Shown here piece after piece: positions 1-8,816 of a stretch of DNA of 64,000 nucleotides. This DNA comes from a virus. Each line of letters opens with the position of its first letter. Within the stretch, counting starts at the first letter, position 1. The stretch is from positions 20,850-84,849 of the IMG/VR virus record IMGVR_UViG_3300044691_000591, one strand, 5' to 3'. Below the pieces are notes generated by a model that was given only the letters and a program-made list of their open reading frames with translations, was not told the origin of the DNA and made no database searches. A program made the translations under genes and the position numbers.

Positions 1-52
1 GGCCAGTACCGCGCTGAAGGTGCTGCTGGCGGAACGGGCAGGCGGCGAGTAG
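1..52 (+). CDS. 3' end of a gene truncated by the window edge, possibly a tyrosine integrase
   Basis: Open frame ASTALKVLLAERAGGE* ends at TAG 50-52 and is immediately followed by CTCCCA repeats of the kind seen after actinomycete tyrosine integrases; only 16 codons are visible. Confidence 0.3.
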   Translation, partial: ASTALKVLLAERAGGE

Positions 53-54
53 GG

Positions 55-98
55 CCAACTCCCAATCTGCTCCCACTTGCTCCCAGAATGGGAGTTGG
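55..98. repeat. CTCCCA direct repeats plus 10-bp inverted repeat (integrase arm-site-like)
   Basis: CTCCCA at 59, 70 and 80 (TGCTCCCA at 68 and 78, 10-bp period); CCAACTCCCA 55-64 is inverted at TGGGAGTTGG 89-98. Confidence 0.5.
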
Positions 99-119
99 GG
101 CGGCGCGGCATGACGAAAG

Positions 120-149
120 GCCCCGCCCAGCCCGAAGGCTGAGCGGGGC
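120..149. terminator. GC hairpin terminator between convergent genes
   Basis: GCCCCGCCCAGCC-cgaa-GGCTGAGCGGGGC stem-loop with one mismatch. Confidence 0.7.
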
Positions 150-163
150 ACAGAAGCAGAGGA

Positions 164-700
164 TCAGCCGGACTTCGGCGGCGCTGTGACGATCGCCAGG
201 CACTCCAGGGCGTCGTAGCCCTGCTTGATGACCGCGAACACGTGGTCATAGGCCGCAGGACCCTGCGGGAAGATCACGCGCGCCTTCGGGTTCTGCGCCC
301 CCAACAGCACGCTGTACAGCGGGCACAAGGTCTTCTGCCGGGTCGTGGTCTGCGCCACATCCAGGCGGTGCGCCAGCGCGGCCGTAGCCGCCTGGTTCGC
401 GGCATTGGCGTTCTCGTTGTGCCGCACCTGCACGACGACCAGGATCATCGTCACGGACAGCAGAATGTCCAGCAGCACACTCGCCGCCAAAGCCCACGTC
501 AGCCGCTTCGTGCGCCGTATCTGCCTCCCGTTCCGCTCCGACTGAGTGGCCAGGGACACGAACTGATTGCCGGACGCCTCCGACAGCGCATCCAGCTCGG
601 CAACGATCTGCGGCGCCGTCTCCGCCAACTGCGCCAGCAGCGCCGCCACGCCCGGCTCGGGGCCCACGGGGTCCGGGGGAACCACCGCTTCAGTGCTCAT
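164..700 (-). CDS. membrane protein of the lysis cassette
   Basis: Single TM helix (LTWALAASVLLDILLSVTMILVVVQV); last gene of the lysis operon. Confidence 0.7.
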   Translation of the reverse strand: MSTEAVVPPDPVGPEPGVAALLAQLAETAPQIVAELDALSEASGNQFVSLATQSERNGRQIRRTKRLTWALAASVLLDILLSVTMILVVVQVRHNENANAANQAATAALAHRLDVAQTTTRQKTLCPLYSVLLGAQNPKARVIFPQGPAAYDHVFAVIKQGYDALECLAIVTAPPKSG

Positions 701-875
701 CGGGGGCCTCCGGCTCCTGTATCAACAGAGGTGCCGCCTCATGGCGGAGACGTTCAACCTGCACCAGCAACTGCTCGGAGAACCGCTCCAAGTTCGCCGC
801 CGCCGCCAGCATCTGCTCCCGCAGCCGCTTCGATTCCGCAATAGGCCCGCTGCCCCCCGGGCGGGGATCGGCCAT
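690..875 (-). CDS. small coiled-coil hypothetical protein
   Basis: ATG at 875 (MADPRPGG...); tightly packed in the operon. Confidence 0.55.
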   Translation of the reverse strand: MADPRPGGSGPIAESKRLREQMLAAAANLERFSEQLLVQVERLRHEAAPLLIQEPEAPDEH

Positions 876-879
876 GACA

Positions 880-1203
880 TCAACTCCTGCGAATCGCGGC
901 CAAGGCGTCAGCCACAGTGCGGCCGGCCTCTCCGATGGCCTGCGTCGACTTTGAGATCTGATCGAGGTAGACATTGCGAACCGTTTCGTTGAGGGCGTCC
1001 AGGGCGGCGGCGTTGGCGTCCGCTCGGGCGTTGGCCCGCTGGAGTGTCTCTTCCAGTCGGGTCACCTCGCGGTCTCGGACCTGGAGCTCCTGGGCCCGGC
1101 TGGTCTCCCACTTCTGGGACAGCCACCGGATGCCGATGAGGCCGACCAGGGCTAGCAGGCCGACGGCCCCGTACTGCGTCAGTACCTGGGTGACCGGATC
1201 CAT
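880..1203 (-). CDS. holin-like or lysis accessory membrane protein
   Basis: N-terminal TM (QYGAVGLLALVGLIGIRW) followed by coiled coil; adjacent to holin. Confidence 0.65.
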   Translation of the reverse strand: MDPVTQVLTQYGAVGLLALVGLIGIRWLSQKWETSRAQELQVRDREVTRLEETLQRANARADANAAALDALNETVRNVYLDQISKSTQAIGEAGRTVADALAAIRRS

Positions 1204-1267
1204 CCAGTGGCCTTCCAAGTGCTACGAGAGCAGGGCCGGGCCGCAGGGCGGCCGACCCTGAAGTTGA

Positions 1268-1597
1268 TCAGTTGCGTGGTGCGGGCTCGACGGCGCGGCG
1301 GGTGCCGAAGGCCTGGGCCTGCGCGCTCATGCCGGTCGGCTTGTACAGGCCGAAGTGCATGGCGACAGAGATGGCGAAGTAGACGAGCCACAGGATGACC
1401 GCGCGGCCCAGGCTGTAGCCGTGGGGATGGTTGGACAGCTCGACCAGGAACCCGTTCAGGGCGGTGAGGAACAGCAGAACGACTGCCTTCACGGCGGCCG
1501 ATGTGACCCGGGTGGTGGCCAGGCCGACGAGCATCGGCACGACCACGGCGATGAGCAGGCCGAGCCAGTACGCGAGGTTGAGACTGACCTGTGGCAT
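1268..1597 (-). CDS. holin
   Basis: 109 aa with three TM segments, directly downstream of the endolysin. Confidence 0.8.
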   Translation of the reverse strand: MPQVSLNLAYWLGLLIAVVVPMLVGLATTRVTSAAVKAVVLLFLTALNGFLVELSNHPHGYSLGRAVILWLVYFAISVAMHFGLYKPTGMSAQAQAFGTRRAVEPAPRN

Positions 1598-1633
1598 GAG
1601 GAGATCCGTTTCTGCGAGACGGGAGGACGCGGG

Positions 1634-2494
1634 CTACTTGCCGGCGAGCAGTTCCTGGTACCGGGCGTAGGTCACGGTGATCGGGCCGGGCACGCCCTTC
1701 GAGGTCAGCTTCGCCTCGTCGGTCGGCGTTGCGACATGCAGCACGATGGCCGGACTGGACTCCAGGACCACGAAGTCCCCGGGCCAGGTGGTGCCCTTCG
1801 GAACGGTGGTCCGGTCGATGGTGATCATGAGCATCTTGGGCTCCTTCGGGAGGGCGGGAACAGGGGTCGGCACCGGCTTCGGGGCAGGCGGCTTCGGTGC
1901 GGGGGGCTGGGGCTGGAACGACAGGGCCCACGCCTTGAGCTCGGCAGTGCTGCCCAGGTGGCAGTAGTCGTGATCGACCGTCGCCGCCGAGTACTGGTGG
2001 AACAGCCACGGGGTGCTGATGCCGGGCTGTCCCGCGGGGAGACCTGCGGTGGCGATCCACAGGAAGTCGCCGTAGTAGCCGGTCTTGTCGACGTTGCGCC
2101 AGTAGTCGACGTTGCAGTACATGCCGACCGGGTTGTGCGGCAGCTTGCTCTTGACGTAGCGGAGCCACGCGTCCTTGTAGGCGGCCTGCTGGGACCTCGG
2201 CACGCCCGCGTTGGCCGCGTCGTAGCCCTCCCAGTCCAGGCAGGGCATGTCTCCCGGCTTCCACGCCACCTTCGACAGGAAGAAGTCCGCCTCGGCCTGC
2301 ACCGAGTTGCCCATGTGCGGATATGCGTATCCGCCCCACGCCAGGTCGTTGGCCTTGGCGTGGTCCCGCTGGGACTGCCACTCCGGGTTCGTGTAGCCGG
2401 TGCCCTCGGTGATCTTCGTGAAGGCGAACGACAGGCCGCTCGTGTCCGGCGCTGCGGACTGGTACGACGCCCAGTCCTGGCCGTAGATGCCCAT
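1634..2494 (-). CDS. endolysin, GH25 muramidase
   Basis: GQDWASYQ, FAFTKITEGTGYTNP, CLDWE and WLFHQYS are GH25 motifs; Pro-rich linker and C-terminal domain. Confidence 0.9.
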   Translation of the reverse strand: MGIYGQDWASYQSAAPDTSGLSFAFTKITEGTGYTNPEWQSQRDHAKANDLAWGGYAYPHMGNSVQAEADFFLSKVAWKPGDMPCLDWEGYDAANAGVPRSQQAAYKDAWLRYVKSKLPHNPVGMYCNVDYWRNVDKTGYYGDFLWIATAGLPAGQPGISTPWLFHQYSAATVDHDYCHLGSTAELKAWALSFQPQPPAPKPPAPKPVPTPVPALPKEPKMLMITIDRTTVPKGTTWPGDFVVLESSPAIVLHVATPTDEAKLTSKGVPGPITVTYARYQELLAGK

Positions 2495-3372
2495 CAGGCT
2501 CCGATCTGGGTCAGCGCTCCCCGCACGGCGGCGGCGACCTGCGCACCGGTGGGGCCGGTCGGGGTTGGCGTCGGCACCGGGGTGGGTGCGGGCTGCGGCG
2601 GCACGATGGCCGGGAAGGGCTTGCCGGTGATCGCGGTGTAGTCCGCGGCCAGCGCGGTGAGGTCGACGCCGGCGAGGAACTCGGCGCTCTGCAGGTGCTC
2701 GGGCCAGATGACGACCCAGGCCTCCTCGACCTCGTGGCGCCAGAAGGCGTCAGTGAAGGAGGTCTCGGCCGCCCAGGTGATGAACCGCTCGTCGCCACCC
2801 AGCGCCCCGGTGCCGGCCGGGCCGTAGCCGCCGGTGATGACGGAGTGGCCGCCGTCGACCGGCGAGGACCGGACGTAGTCCCAGGGCTGGCCGTTGCCGA
2901 ACTCGTCCTGGTTGACGTCCAGCACGGTGATGCCGGTCCACACTGACCCGAAGATCGCGATGGCGGCCTGGACTTCGGCCGCGTTGGTGTGGTTGACCTG
3001 CGCGAACCCGACCGCCTTCACGCCGTCGGGGCCGCCGTGGGTGACGAGGTACTCCAGGGCGGTCTGGATGTCCATGCCGTCGTCCTGCTGGGGGAAGCCA
3101 GGGTTCTGGGTTTTGTAGAACGCCAGGACCTGGTCCTGCGTCGGGTAGTTCTCCTTGCCCGCGACCGCGGTGACCAGGCGGCGCACGTTCGCCCAGGTCA
3201 CGGCTACACAGTCGCCGTATTGGTCGTTGCCGAGCATCTGCCAGCCGGACAGCCGCGCGAGGTAGTCCGCGGCGGTCGGGTGGGTGGGGACCACGCCGGT
3301 CAGGGCGCGGGACAGCTGGATCGCCTTGGCGCGCTTCGGGGCCTTGCGGCCGTAGCGGCGAGTGTGGGTCAT
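2494..3372 (-). CDS. papain-like (C1-fold) cysteine peptidase
   Basis: MLGNDQYGDCV (catalytic Cys), GGHSVITGGY (His), ITW; PTP-rich linker; 1-bp overlap with the endolysin start. Confidence 0.7.
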   Translation of the reverse strand: MTHTRRYGRKAPKRAKAIQLSRALTGVVPTHPTAADYLARLSGWQMLGNDQYGDCVAVTWANVRRLVTAVAGKENYPTQDQVLAFYKTQNPGFPQQDDGMDIQTALEYLVTHGGPDGVKAVGFAQVNHTNAAEVQAAIAIFGSVWTGITVLDVNQDEFGNGQPWDYVRSSPVDGGHSVITGGYGPAGTGALGGDERFITWAAETSFTDAFWRHEVEEAWVVIWPEHLQSAEFLAGVDLTALAADYTAITGKPFPAIVPPQPAPTPVPTPTPTGPTGAQVAAAVRGALTQIGA

Positions 3373-3609
3373 GTACGGCTCCGGGAGAGAAGACAGCAGG
3401 GGCTCCCGGGGCGGCGGGTGATCACAGCGTAGCGCTGGCACTGTACAAAGTGGAGTGCTAGGAGTTCATAGCTGTACGTGATGGACAAGAGCGGGATACC
3501 GTGACAGGACGGCCACCGCTTCCCCCGAGGCAGGCCCGCGGCGGGCGGCATTGGACGGCTCCGGTGCCCCCGCCGCCCCAGGAGCCGAACCGCAGCCGGA
3601 GACCAACCC

Positions 3610-4662
3610 ATGCTTGAGCAGCCCAACCGTCTTGATGTGTACGGCTGGTGCGCCGACCGCACCGCCTGCGGACTCCTCCGCGTCGAACTCCCACTCCTGG
3701 CCCTGCGCACGCGCGGCCTGCGCACCGCATTCTCCGGCGAGGCCCTGCCCGACCTCGCGCCCCGCGTCCTGATCGGCCAGCGCGTCTGCATGCCCAACCC
3801 CGCAGAGACCTGGCAGCGCCTCGCCGCCAGCCGCGGCCGGGACGTCCGGCTCATAGCCGAGGCCGACGACGACCTCCTGGAGGTCGACCCCAGCTCGCCG
3901 GCGTACCCGTTCTACGGATCGCCCGAGGTCCGCGCCCGGCTGCAGGACTGGCTGCGGGTGGCCGACGCGGTGACGGTGACCACGGAGCCGCTGGCTGAGG
4001 CGATGCGCCGGTACACCGCGGCTGAGGTGCACGTGGTCCCCAACTACCTGCCGGAGTGGCTGCTCCAGCACGAGCGCCCGCGCCGGGTCGACGGCGGCCT
4101 CACGATCGGCTGGGGCGGCTCGAACACGCACCGCATGGACTGGGCGGAGTGCGCGGACCAGGTGCGGCGCTTCTTCGCCCGCGCGCGGCCGGACGTCGAG
4201 CTGCACCTGATGGGCGCGGCCCACGAGGACTGTGCGCGGCACGGGCATGCTGCGGTGTGCGACTGCCCGTGCCACCAGCTGCGGCTGCCTGAGGGCCGGA
4301 CCCGGTACTCGCCGTGGACCAGTTCGGTGCCGGACTACTGGCGGGCGATCGACTACGACGTGATGCTGTGCCCGCTGCGCCCGCACCAGTTCAACAGGTC
4401 CAAGTCGAACTTGCGCGTCCTGGAGGCGGCCATGCTGGGCATACCGGTCGTGGCCAGCGAGTACGGCCCCTACGCCCAGTTCGTTCAGCACGGCGTGACC
4501 GGCCTGCTGGTGCGCCGCGATCACGAGTGGGCGCAGCACCTGCGGGCCCTGGTCGAGGACGAGGCGATGCGCGAGGAGATGGGTGGTGCGGCCCGGCGGC
4601 AGGCTGCGGCGTGGACCCTCGAAGGGCACGTCGACGAATGGGCGAAGGTGCTGGCGCCATGA
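3610..4662 (+). CDS. glycosyltransferase, GT-B fold (GT4-like)
   Basis: ADAVTVTTEPLA, IGWGGS, FNRSKSNLRVLEAAMLGIPVVASEYGPY...GVTGLLV. Confidence 0.9.
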   Translation: MLEQPNRLDVYGWCADRTACGLLRVELPLLALRTRGLRTAFSGEALPDLAPRVLIGQRVCMPNPAETWQRLAASRGRDVRLIAEADDDLLEVDPSSPAYPFYGSPEVRARLQDWLRVADAVTVTTEPLAEAMRRYTAAEVHVVPNYLPEWLLQHERPRRVDGGLTIGWGGSNTHRMDWAECADQVRRFFARARPDVELHLMGAAHEDCARHGHAAVCDCPCHQLRLPEGRTRYSPWTSSVPDYWRAIDYDVMLCPLRPHQFNRSKSNLRVLEAAMLGIPVVASEYGPYAQFVQHGVTGLLVRRDHEWAQHLRALVEDEAMREEMGGAARRQAAAWTLEGHVDEWAKVLAP

Positions 4663-5198
4663 GCGGCGGATCTTACGACTACCTCTACTGCCATACCGAG
4701 GACCTGTCTGGGCGTCGCGGGACGGTCGAGGAGATGGCGGAGCGGCTCGAAGGGCTGCCCTATGCCGCTGTGGCTGCCGCCGCTACCCGGCGTGTCCTCA
4801 CGCTGCTCGCCGACGCGCAGGTCCTCGCGGACCAACTAGCGGCCGTGTGGCACGACGTCGAGTGGTGGGACTCGTCCGACAGCACCGAGACCGAGGTGGT
4901 GACGTCCACTCAGATATTCGCCATCAGCGCCCCAGTGCCCGAGCTCGTCGGTAGGCGTCTGGCCATCCATGCAGATCTTCCCGCGCCCTCTGAGCGACGG
5001 CGACTACGGAAGTCCGCAGGACTCTCGCAGGCCGAGTTGGCACACATTGTTGGCGTCACCACTGCCGCCGTTGGCCACTGGGAAACCGGCACCCGCAGCA
5101 CTCCTCGCGGGCAACTCCTTGACCGGTACGTCGAAGCGCTGCGCAAGTTCCGGACGCTGGATGCTGCAGCAACCACGGGAGCCGTGACTGATGCCTGA
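4659..5198 (+). CDS. hypothetical N-terminal domain fused to an XRE HTH
   Basis: ATGA overlap with the GT; MSGGSYDYLYC N-terminus; RRRLRKSAGLSQAELAHIVGVTTAAVGHWETG is an HTH_3. Confidence 0.75.
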   Translation: MSGGSYDYLYCHTEDLSGRRGTVEEMAERLEGLPYAAVAAAATRRVLTLLADAQVLADQLAAVWHDVEWWDSSDSTETEVVTSTQIFAISAPVPELVGRRLAIHADLPAPSERRRLRKSAGLSQAELAHIVGVTTAAVGHWETGTRSTPRGQLLDRYVEALRKFRTLDAAATTGAVTDA

Positions 5199-5889
5199 CC
5201 TGACGATGATCGTGCCCACCCGGGGCAGGCCCGACAACCTGCGCCAGCTCTGGGCCGCATGGCGCGCCACCTCCAGCAGCTACAGCCTGCTCGTCGCTGT
5301 CATCGACACCGACGACCCCGAGCACGACAACTACTGGCGGGTCCGCGACGAGATCGGCGACGACCCGCACTTCAAGATGGTCGCCGGTCCCCGGCTGCGC
5401 CTCGGACCCACCCTCGACCTCGCCGCACGCGAGGCCGCCGACCGCTCCTTCGCCGTCGGGTTCCTGGGCGACGACCACCGCCCGCGCACCGACGGCTGGG
5501 ACACCGCCTACCTCGCCGAGCTGCGCCGCCTCGACACGGGCATCGTCTACGGCGACGACCTCATCCAGCACGAGGCGCTGCCCACCCAGGTCGCCATGAC
5601 CTCCGACATCATCCGCGCGACCGGCCACATGGTGCCCCCGGGTGCCATTCACATGTACCTCGACAATGCGTGGAAGTCCCTCGGCGAGGCCCTGGGTGCC
5701 CTGTCGTACCTGCCGCAGGTGGTGGTCGAGCACTGCCATCCCATCGCCGGAACCGCCGAATGGGACGCCGGGTACCGCGAGGTCAACGACGGCGCGGTGT
5801 ACGACTTCGACAAGGCCGTGTTCGAGCAGTGGCAGAGCATCGACCTGCCCCGCTGGGTCCAGCAGATCAAGGAGTTCCCGCGTGGCTGA
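5191..5889 (+). CDS. glycosyltransferase family 2
   Basis: LTMIVPTRGRP N-terminus and GFLGDDH DxD-like motif. Confidence 0.85.
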   Translation: MPDLTMIVPTRGRPDNLRQLWAAWRATSSSYSLLVAVIDTDDPEHDNYWRVRDEIGDDPHFKMVAGPRLRLGPTLDLAAREAADRSFAVGFLGDDHRPRTDGWDTAYLAELRRLDTGIVYGDDLIQHEALPTQVAMTSDIIRATGHMVPPGAIHMYLDNAWKSLGEALGALSYLPQVVVEHCHPIAGTAEWDAGYREVNDGAVYDFDKAVFEQWQSIDLPRWVQQIKEFPRG

Positions 5890-6496
5890 GCACCGCCTCT
5901 ACCCGGAGGGCACTGTGCCGCCGGTGTCGACGTTCGAGTTCCACGAGCACCGCGAGCGGGCACCGCACCTGGAGCAGCCCGTCCACCGGCCGCGCCTCGA
6001 CAAGGCCCTGGAGTTCATCCTCGACGCCGACGAGCGCAGCGGCCGCCAGCAGCGCGGATGCGCCACGTCCGTCACCGACCTCGGCTGCGGCGACGGCGGC
6101 CTTCTGTCGCTGCTGAAGGATCATGACTTCTGGCCGCGAGGCTACGACTTCCAGCCCTCGAACGCCGCCGGATGGGCTGAGCGCGGTGTCAGCGCTCAGG
6201 CTTTCGACGTCTTCGGCGCAGATCAGCACCGGATCATCTTCGGCGAGATCGCCGTTACCACCGAGGTCCTGGAGCATCTCGCCGACCCGCACGAGGCCGT
6301 CCGGTTCATCGGGCAGATGTCCCGTTACCTGGTCGCATCCTCGCCCTGGAACGAGACCCCCGAGTCCCACGATGCCTGTCACGCCTGGGCCTGGGATCAG
6401 GACGGCTACCGGGCGCTGATCGAGCAGGGCGGCTTCGCGGTCCTGCGGCACGAGACCGTCGGGCAGTTCCAGGTCATCCTGGGAGGCCGCTCGTGA
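5882..6496 (+). CDS. class I SAM-dependent methyltransferase
   Basis: VTDLGCGDGGLL motif I and TEVLEHLADP; GTG start overlapping the upstream GT2. Confidence 0.85.
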   Translation: MAEHRLYPEGTVPPVSTFEFHEHRERAPHLEQPVHRPRLDKALEFILDADERSGRQQRGCATSVTDLGCGDGGLLSLLKDHDFWPRGYDFQPSNAAGWAERGVSAQAFDVFGADQHRIIFGEIAVTTEVLEHLADPHEAVRFIGQMSRYLVASSPWNETPESHDACHAWAWDQDGYRALIEQGGFAVLRHETVGQFQVILGGRS

Positions 6497-7359
6497 GGGC
6501 ACTCGTAACTGGCCACAGGGGCTTCGTTGGCCGCCACCTCACCACCGCGCTGATCGAGCGGGGGTGGATCGTCCGGGGCATCGACCTGCTGGACGGCGAG
6601 GACGCCCTCGACTTCTTCCGCACCGACAGCACGTACTTCGATCTGGCCGTGCACTGCGCCGCCACCATCGGCGGCCGTGCAGCCATCGACGGCAGCCCCC
6701 TGGCGCTCGGCACCAACCTGGCCCTCGACAGCTGGTACATGCACTGGCTGGCCAAGACCGGCACACCGCGCGCCGTCTACTTCTCCAGCTCGGCCGCCTA
6801 CCCGGTCGACCTCCAGCAGCCCGGCGAGATCACCAAGCTGCACGAGTCCGACATCGACCCCACCGCGCCGGAGCAGCCCGACGCCACCTACGGGCTGGCC
6901 AAGGTGGTCGGCGAGAAGCTGGCCGGGTACGCCGCCGAGCTCGGGTGTCAGATCGCCATTCCCAGGCCGTTCAGCGGCTACGGAGAGGACCAGGCACTCG
7001 ACTACCCGTTCCCCAGCTTCATCGCGCGCGCCCGCCGCCGCGACGACCCGTTCGAGATCTGGGGCGACGGCAGCTCCACCCGCGACTGGGTACACGTGAG
7101 CGACATCGTCGGCGCCACCCTGGCGGCCGTCGACCAGGGCATCACGGGACCGTTCAACATCGGCTGGGGCCGGGCCACATCGTTCGACGACCTCGCGCGA
7201 ATCGTCACCAAGCGCGCCGGGTACAGCCCGCTGCTCAAGCACCTCGGTGGCCAGCCGACCGGCGTGCACCACCGGGTGTCGGACCCGGGCCGGATGCTCG
7301 GCTTCTACCAGCCCGCTGTGACATTGGAAGAGGGCGTTCGACGCGCCCTCGCCGCCTAA
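6493..7359 (+). CDS. NAD-dependent epimerase/dehydratase (extended SDR)
   Basis: ALVTGHRGFVG, FSSSAAY, YGLAK (YxxxK), IWGDGSSTRDWVHVSD. Confidence 0.92.
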   Translation: MRALVTGHRGFVGRHLTTALIERGWIVRGIDLLDGEDALDFFRTDSTYFDLAVHCAATIGGRAAIDGSPLALGTNLALDSWYMHWLAKTGTPRAVYFSSSAAYPVDLQQPGEITKLHESDIDPTAPEQPDATYGLAKVVGEKLAGYAAELGCQIAIPRPFSGYGEDQALDYPFPSFIARARRRDDPFEIWGDGSSTRDWVHVSDIVGATLAAVDQGITGPFNIGWGRATSFDDLARIVTKRAGYSPLLKHLGGQPTGVHHRVSDPGRMLGFYQPAVTLEEGVRRALAA

Positions 7360-7375
7360 CCCGAAAGGACACCCC

Positions 7376-7660
7376 ATGCCCGAGCAGCAGCCCAGCGTCG
7401 GCCGCATCGTCCACTACGTCAGCTACGGTTCGCCCGTGCGCCCGGATGGGACGCAGGCATTCACCTCGCAATGCCGCGCGGCAACGGTCACGGAGGTCGG
7501 CGACGGGGGCACCGTGGGCCTGATGGTGGCCAACCCGACCGGCCTGTTCTTCCACTCGCTCGCCGACGGCGGATCGCCCTACGACGAGTGGGACAGCACC
7601 ACCGCGCTGGCGGGCGCACAGCCGCAGGGCGGCTCCTGGCACTGGCCCGAGCGAGTCTGA
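7376..7660 (+). CDS. phage hypothetical protein
   Basis: RBS GAAAGGA; PSVGRIVHYV...SWHWPER motif recurrent in actinophages. Confidence 0.75.
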   Translation: MPEQQPSVGRIVHYVSYGSPVRPDGTQAFTSQCRAATVTEVGDGGTVGLMVANPTGLFFHSLADGGSPYDEWDSTTALAGAQPQGGSWHWPERV

Positions 7661-7662
7661 CC

Positions 7663-7929
7663 ATGACCGAACTGCCCAAGTGGGCCTGGGACCTCGTTAT
7701 CGCCGTCCAGAAGCACGAGGACGAACACCCGAAGGGCGGCGCTTGCTTCGAAGCCGTGCTCGCACCCATCCCCGCAGAGATCCGCGACCAGGCCGCAGCC
7801 ATCCACTCCTACACGACCGGCACGAGCACGGCCGCCTGGGGGCGCGTGCACGCGCAGACGGCTGAGTTCCTGGCGTCAGTCGAAGGCCTTGAGTTCGGTC
7901 CGACCATCCCCGGCCGGTCCGGTGGCTGA
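7663..7929 (+). CDS. hypothetical protein
   Basis: ATG 2 nt after the upstream stop; typical codon usage. Confidence 0.6.
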   Translation: MTELPKWAWDLVIAVQKHEDEHPKGGACFEAVLAPIPAEIRDQAAAIHSYTTGTSTAAWGRVHAQTAEFLASVEGLEFGPTIPGRSGG

Positions 7930-8521
7930 CAGCGTGGCGGCGATCATCGCCGCACACCCGCCCCGCATCCGCAGCGGCCAACTGGCCCGCGCCGTTGCCT
8001 CCGTATGGGCGCAGACCCAGCCCGTGACCGAGCTGCACGTCGCCATCGACCACGAGCGCGAAGGCGCGCCCGCGACTCGCCAGCGCGCACTCATGGCCGC
8101 CACCACCGACTGGGTGGCGTTCCTCGACAGCGACGACTGGTGGTACCCCCAGCACGTCATGACGCTGCTCGCCGCCGCTCAGAAGACCGGCGCGGACTAC
8201 CTCTACTCCTACTTCCAGGTCCACGACGACCACGGCACCGAGCAGCCCAGCTGGGACCCCCTCGGCCACTTCGGCAAGCCGTTCAACCCCGCCGACCCGC
8301 ACCAGACCACCATCACCACCCTGGTGCGCCGCGATCTCGCCCAAGCAGTCGGCTTCGCCCAGCCCGGCGAAGGCGGCACCATCGGCGGCCAGCGCGCAGG
8401 TGAGGACTGGGAATTCACCCTCGGCTGCCTCGACAAAGGCGCCCACATCGCCCACGTGCCGCAGCGCACCTGGGCCTGGTGCCACCACGACACCAACACC
8501 TCCGGGCTCCCGAGCTGGTGA
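7922..8521 (+). CDS. glycosyltransferase family 2
   Basis: WVAFLDSDDWW (DxDD) and GEDWEFTL motifs. Confidence 0.85.
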   Translation: MADSVAAIIAAHPPRIRSGQLARAVASVWAQTQPVTELHVAIDHEREGAPATRQRALMAATTDWVAFLDSDDWWYPQHVMTLLAAAQKTGADYLYSYFQVHDDHGTEQPSWDPLGHFGKPFNPADPHQTTITTLVRRDLAQAVGFAQPGEGGTIGGQRAGEDWEFTLGCLDKGAHIAHVPQRTWAWCHHDTNTSGLPSW

Positions 8522-8522
8522 C

Positions 8523-8810
8523 TCAGCCAGGCTTCACCGTCACCTCGATGCCCTCGCCGAACTCGCCCCGGTACTGATCCGGGGTCCACGCCCGGCCGCC
8601 GGCGAGGAACACCGGGTCCACCCGTGCCCCACCGGCCGCCGCAGCGTCACCGACCAGCACCCAGCCCACCACCGCCGTGGGCGCGGGCGCCCCCGTGGCC
8701 GCCTCGGCGGTAGGCGCCGAGGCCACAGCCAGCAGGCCAACTGTCGCCGGCGTCAGCGACAGGACGGCCCCGGCCGGCTGCTCCTTCTCTTCACCTGTGA
8801 TGATCGGCAT
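8523..8810 (-). CDS. hypothetical protein at the end of the tail operon
   Basis: Follows the tailspike by 6 nt. Confidence 0.6.
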   Translation of the reverse strand: MPIITGEEKEQPAGAVLSLTPATVGLLAVASAPTAEAATGAPAPTAVVGWVLVGDAAAAGGARVDPVFLAGGRAWTPDQYRGEFGEGIEVTVKPG

Positions 8811-8816
8811 CCCGGG

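Noticed and set aside
3610-8521. Host LPS/capsule locus or serotype-conversion (gtrABC) cassette
   Set aside because: It is interleaved with phage-type hypothetical genes, flanked by phage modules, and lacks flippase or integral-membrane transferases
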